Below, piece by piece: positions 60,292 to 64,000 of a DNA stretch of 64,000 nucleotides. This DNA comes from Pelagomonas calceolata (taxonomy: Eukaryota), in NCBI GenBank assembly GCA_918797485.1, contig CAKKNE010000003.1, positions 1,984,001-2,048,000 of the forward strand, in the 5' to 3' direction. Every line of letters starts with the position of its first letter. The stretch's first letter is position 1. Made by a program: the position numbers and the translations under genes. The notes below the pieces were generated by a model. The model ran no database searches. It saw nothing but the letters and a program-made list of their open reading frames with translations, and was not told the origin of the DNA.

Positions 60292-61587
60292 ATGTCTGGC
60301 AACGCCCTCCTCAAAGAACTCGCGGCCGCTCGCGCGGCAAGACGCGGTGAGCCTACATTGGCTGAGCCTGCCGCAGCTCCTGGCCCCGCGGCGGCGGCGC
60401 CCGCAGCGCGTCCGGCGGCACCAGCCACGCCTTCGTCTCCTGCACCCGCGCGGACACGCGATATTATTTCCATAGATAGCGACGACGACGCGGCGCCAGC
60501 CCCGGCCGCGCAGCCCGCGCGCGAGGGCGTGATAGAGATTCACTCGGACTCGGATGACGACGCAGCTGCTACGAGTCGGCGGGTCACCAGAGACGCAATC
60601 GACCTGACACGGGACAGCGACGACGAGGGTCCGCGCAAGCGCCAGCGGACCGCCGCGCCACAGCGCCAGCGGGCCTTGCCGGCACCGAGGCCGCCGCCGC
60701 CGCAGCGCCCGCGGATCCAAGTGATCCGCAATTACGGCGGCGTCCAGGGCCTCGCCGTCGCGCCGCGCTTCCTCTCGGAGGCCGCGGAGAGAAGATTGTT
60801 CGAGTCCATGGGCACGAGATGTCCTCTGCCGGACGGTCGCGTTGAGACGAAGTATGGGAGGTGCGATTTAACGGGCGCGCCGCGCGCTCGCTACGACCGC
60901 TTCTCGCCGGACCTCTGGCGCGTGATCAACGGCATCCGCGACCACGTGTTTCCGGAACTACTATTGCCCGACTTTGCGTTGTTCTGGAGCTATGCGTTGA
61001 AGCGCAATCGCGGCGGCGGCGTGGCCTTCAATGGAGAGGCCTTCGCGCGGCACTACGACTCGAAGATAACTTATGGCGAGACGGTCGCTGGCCTGAGTGT
61101 CGGGCGGGCGTCTCTATTAGTGATGGAGCGGTGCCCCTGCGACAAGGTGGAACGCCAGTGCAAGTGCTTCTTTCGCAACTCGGGCGTCGCGACGGAGCGC
61201 GTCGAAGTGCCCTTGCCGCGAGGAAGCGTCTACGTCATGTCGGGCGACGCGCGAGATCAGCGCGACCGCTCGCACGCCTGGAAGCACTCGATCGTCTGGC
61301 CGAGTCGCCCGGAGGCGGCGCCGGCCTGGAACACGTCCGGCGAGCGCCGCTCCGTGACGCTCCGGGCGACGAAGCCCTGGAGCGAGTACTGCCTCGCGAA
61401 CCGCGTCGCCGAGGGCCTCGGGCCGAATCCGGGCGACGTCGCCGCGCGCCTCCGCCAGCAGCGGTCGCTCCGGATAAGCTCCGACGGGCGCGAGAAACGC
61501 CCGAACCCGGCGGCGTTGGCCGCGGCGTTACGCGCCGGCTCAATCCCGTACCAGCTACGCTTCGGCGCCGCGGACTTCGCGGCGTGA
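60292..61587 (+). CDS. AlkB-family 2OG-Fe(II) dioxygenase with three N-terminal SUMO-interacting-like motifs
   Basis: GLAVAPRFLSEAAE, RHYDS (HxD), LPRGSVYVMSGDAR, WKHSI, RRSVTLR; IISIDSDDD, VIEIHSDSDD, AIDLTRDSDDE. Confidence 0.82.
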   Translation: MSGNALLKELAAARAARRGEPTLAEPAAAPGPAAAAPAARPAAPATPSSPAPARTRDIISIDSDDDAAPAPAAQPAREGVIEIHSDSDDDAAATSRRVTRDAIDLTRDSDDEGPRKRQRTAAPQRQRALPAPRPPPPQRPRIQVIRNYGGVQGLAVAPRFLSEAAERRLFESMGTRCPLPDGRVETKYGRCDLTGAPRARYDRFSPDLWRVINGIRDHVFPELLLPDFALFWSYALKRNRGGGVAFNGEAFARHYDSKITYGETVAGLSVGRASLLVMERCPCDKVERQCKCFFRNSGVATERVEVPLPRGSVYVMSGDARDQRDRSHAWKHSIVWPSRPEAAPAWNTSGERRSVTLRATKPWSEYCLANRVAEGLGPNPGDVAARLRQQRSLRISSDGREKRPNPAALAAALRAGSIPYQLRFGAADFAA

Positions 61588-61706
61588 GTAAGTGCGTAAG
61601 TCCACAAGCACGCCAGTCGACGAAAAGACTTGAATCACTAATCTTTATAAAGGGTGGGGCCCGCCCGCCGGCCCCTATACACACACGATCGATGTGCAGT
61701 GCGAAT

Positions 61707-63309
61707 CTACGCGAGGATCGCGTCGTCCTCGGCCGCGAGCGCCTCGTCGAGGATGACCTGGAAGTCGTCCGCCGTGATGGCCTTGAGGTCGTCGGCGCCG
61801 ACGTCGCCGCCGTTCGCGCCGGCGATGGCCTGGTCGAAGACGCGGATCGCGGCGTTCATGCGCGCGCGGTCCATGGCGTTTCTGACCGTACGGGCGTTCG
61901 AGAAGAAGGGCATGGCCATGCGGCGCTCGATGTACTTCTTGAAGACGTCGCCGGCCTCGTCCGTCATCTCGTAATCCAGGTCGCGCGACATCACTTTGCT
62001 AATCTCGAAGAGCTCGTCGACCTCGTAGTTCGGGAAGTCGATGTGGTTGCCGATGCGCGACGACATGCCGGGGATGAAGGAGAAGAACTTGTCCATGCGG
62101 TCCTTGTAGCCCGCCAAGACGACGACGAGGTCCTCGCGGTTGTTCTCCATGAAGGTCAGGAGGATCTCGATGGACTCCTGGCCGTAGTCGCGGTCGTTCG
62201 CCGCGTTGTAGAGGTAGTAGGCCTCATCCACCAAGAGCACACCGCCGAGGGCCTGCTTGATGACCTCCTTCGTCTTGGGCGCTGTGTGGCCGACGTACTG
62301 GCCGACGAGGTCGTCGCGCGTGGCCACCACGACGTGGCCGGACCGGCAGTAGCCCATCTTCGCGAGGATCTGGCCCATGCGGACGGCGACCGTCGTCTTG
62401 CCCGTGCCGGGCGCGCCCGTGAAGCACATGTGGAGCGAGGGGACGGCCGTGTCGAAGCCCAGCTTGCGGCGCATCTTGTCCAGCACCAGTAAAGCGGCGA
62501 TCTCGCGGACGCGCTGCTTCACCGGCAATAAACCAACTAAGTCATAATCCAACTTGTCGAGCTGGTCCTTGACGCCCTCCTTGTACATGTAGTCGCTCAC
62601 CGAGCCGGCGGGCGTGTCGTCGGGCATCTCCTTCATGAAGGCGACCTTGCGGAGCTTCTCCTCGCGCTCCTGCTCCTGCCACTTCGCGCGGCGCTCGGCC
62701 TCCTCGACGGCCTTCTTGCGCTCGATGTCGGCCTCCTCGAGGGCCTCGGACAGTTTTTTGGCGCCGCCCGTCGTCGTGTCCGAGCCGCCCCATTCCAACG
62801 AGGGGCCCTGGCCCGTGCCGATGCCGGGGTTCGCCTGGACGACGGTCGCGGGCCTGTGTGCGTGATCGGTGATCTTCTTGTTTTTGTGCGTTTCGGCGTC
62901 ATCGTGACGTGGGGTGTGTGGGCCAGGAGTCGTCGCGTGGCCGCTTTGATTGCGTCTCCTGACGACCATGTTGCTATGGTAGCGTCGTGGCGAGCGCTGG
63001 CGGGCCATACGTGCCGCTTTTGGGAAGTGCAATTTGCGTTGCCCGCGGGCGGCGCCCACCATTGCTTCCGTGAGCGACGCGCGGCGAGTTTCGCCGCGTC
63101 GCTGGCCGCAGGGGTGTGTGCGCGTACCGCTGCAGCGGGCGCACCACGGCGGCGCGCTAATAGGCGCGCGCAAGGGCCCGAGGATTCATCATTTGCGCTG
63201 CGTCGCTGTCTGACCGATTTAGACGCTGCAAAACGGACGCGCGCGGCACGGAGGGCGCGACAAGGGCCGCGGCGGGCGCCAGCGCAAGCGCGATGAGGAG
63301 CTTGTTCAT
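61707..63309 (-). CDS. cbbX: Nuclear-encoded red-type Rubisco activase CbbX; exons 63309-63239, 62853-61707
   Basis: LVGLLPVKQRVREIAALL, HMCFTGAPGTGKTT, DLVGQYVGHTAPKT, LLVDEAYYL, DYGQE, FSNARTVRN; signal peptide MNKLLIALALAPAAALVAP joined in frame by a 385-nt intron. Confidence 0.92.
62854..63238 (-). other. Predicted intron (GT-AG, 385 nt) with weak TIR remnants
   Basis: GC|GTCCG...CGCACACAG|G; joins targeting exon to CbbX body (1218 nt in frame). Confidence 0.65.
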
Positions 63310-63580
63310 CTTGCTGTCGTTTATACGAGCTGAGATGCCGTCTACGTTTTGCAGAGTCAGCACCATCAAGCCAGACCTCCCTTCGGAAGGCCCACGATAC
63401 CCCTCGGGAGAGCGACGCCAGGCCTCCGGCAGTACCCCTCTGGCCAAACTGCCTTCGAAACCGGGAGGAGCGCCGGCCGCGCCGCGCTCGCGATCACAAT
63501 CGCCTCGCCTCACGCCATCGCCGCGCGACCTCCACCATACGAGGCAAGGAATCCCTCAAGAAGAAAAAACCAGAGATACC

Positions 63581-64000
63581 TTAGAGCCCCCCGCCCGCCG
63601 CCGAGTCCAAAAACCACTGCGCGCCCCCGTCCGCCGACCGCACCCAGGCGGCCGGATATGGAGGAACAGGGTAGGCGTAGTCCAGCTTGCCCTCCTTCCT
63701 TGCCAAAATCTCTTTCAACACAGGAGTCTTCGAGTCTCCTGTCGCCACGAAGCAGACCCGGACCGAATTCTGCAGCGTCGACAGCGTGAACGTCACCCGT
63801 TCCGAAGGCGGCTTCGGCGAGTCGAGGATGCAGCGCGCGACACTACCGTCGGGCTTCCGGAACAAATCATGCTCCGGAAATAAGGACGCGGTGTGCCCGT
63901 CCGGCCCCATACCCAGCAGACAGAGGTCGAAGCGCCTTCCTACACTATTAAGTTCGTCGCCGTACTTTTCTGCCGCTTGCGCTGGTGAGAGGGACGTGTC
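63581..64000 (-). CDS. PGL: 6-phosphogluconolactonase (3' part; 5' end outside window)
   Basis: FDLCLLGMGPDGHTASLFP, DSPKPPSERVTFTL. Confidence 0.92.
   Translation of the reverse strand, partial: DTSLSPAQAAEKYGDELNSVGRRFDLCLLGMGPDGHTASLFPEHDLFRKPDGSVARCILDSPKPPSERVTFTLSTLQNSVRVCFVATGDSKTPVLKEILARKEGKLDYAYPVPPYPAAWVRSADGGAQWFLDSAAGGGL

Noticed and set aside
61707..64000. cbbX next to 6PGL as a bacterial carbon-metabolism operon
   Set aside because: CbbX has a signal peptide and spliceosomal-type intron; no rbcL/S nearby; adjacency is likely chance
1..64000. tRNA/rRNA genes or an autonomous transposase
   Set aside because: None recognisable by eye; a tRNAscan/Infernal/HMM run would be needed to exclude them

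Overview
GC-rich, gene-dense eukaryotic nuclear DNA, most consistent with a pelagophyte alga (Pelagomonas/Aureococcus-like). This assignment is an inference from a nuclear red-type Rubisco activase (CbbX) with a signal peptide, several signal-peptide + 'A-F-x-P' plastid-targeting N-termini, and transposon-derived introns. About 40 mostly single-exon genes of unrelated function are present, including NAP1, LTA4H, BUD22, VPS36, V-ATPase E, PgsA, mL40, CbbX and 6PGL. Highlights: (1) an N-myristoylation/SAM/protein kinase/RelA-SpoT-like nucleotidyltransferase/highly homogeneous ankyrin-array fusion that looks like a nucleotide-second-messenger sensor; (2) 12 predicted introns that all end CRCRCAG|G. 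Several are recognisable introner elements with ~15-bp TIRs, an 8-bp TSD supplying the GT/GC donor, and both orientations, and one is absent from the tandem paralog; (3) a ~24-bp CTAG-bracketed motif, 16 copies, almost always 70-360 bp upstream of a start codon, plus a second oriented ACGGGTTT(TT)CA promoter motif; (4) several pseudo-enzymes and unusual domain architectures. All introns and functions are predicted by eye from sequence only.
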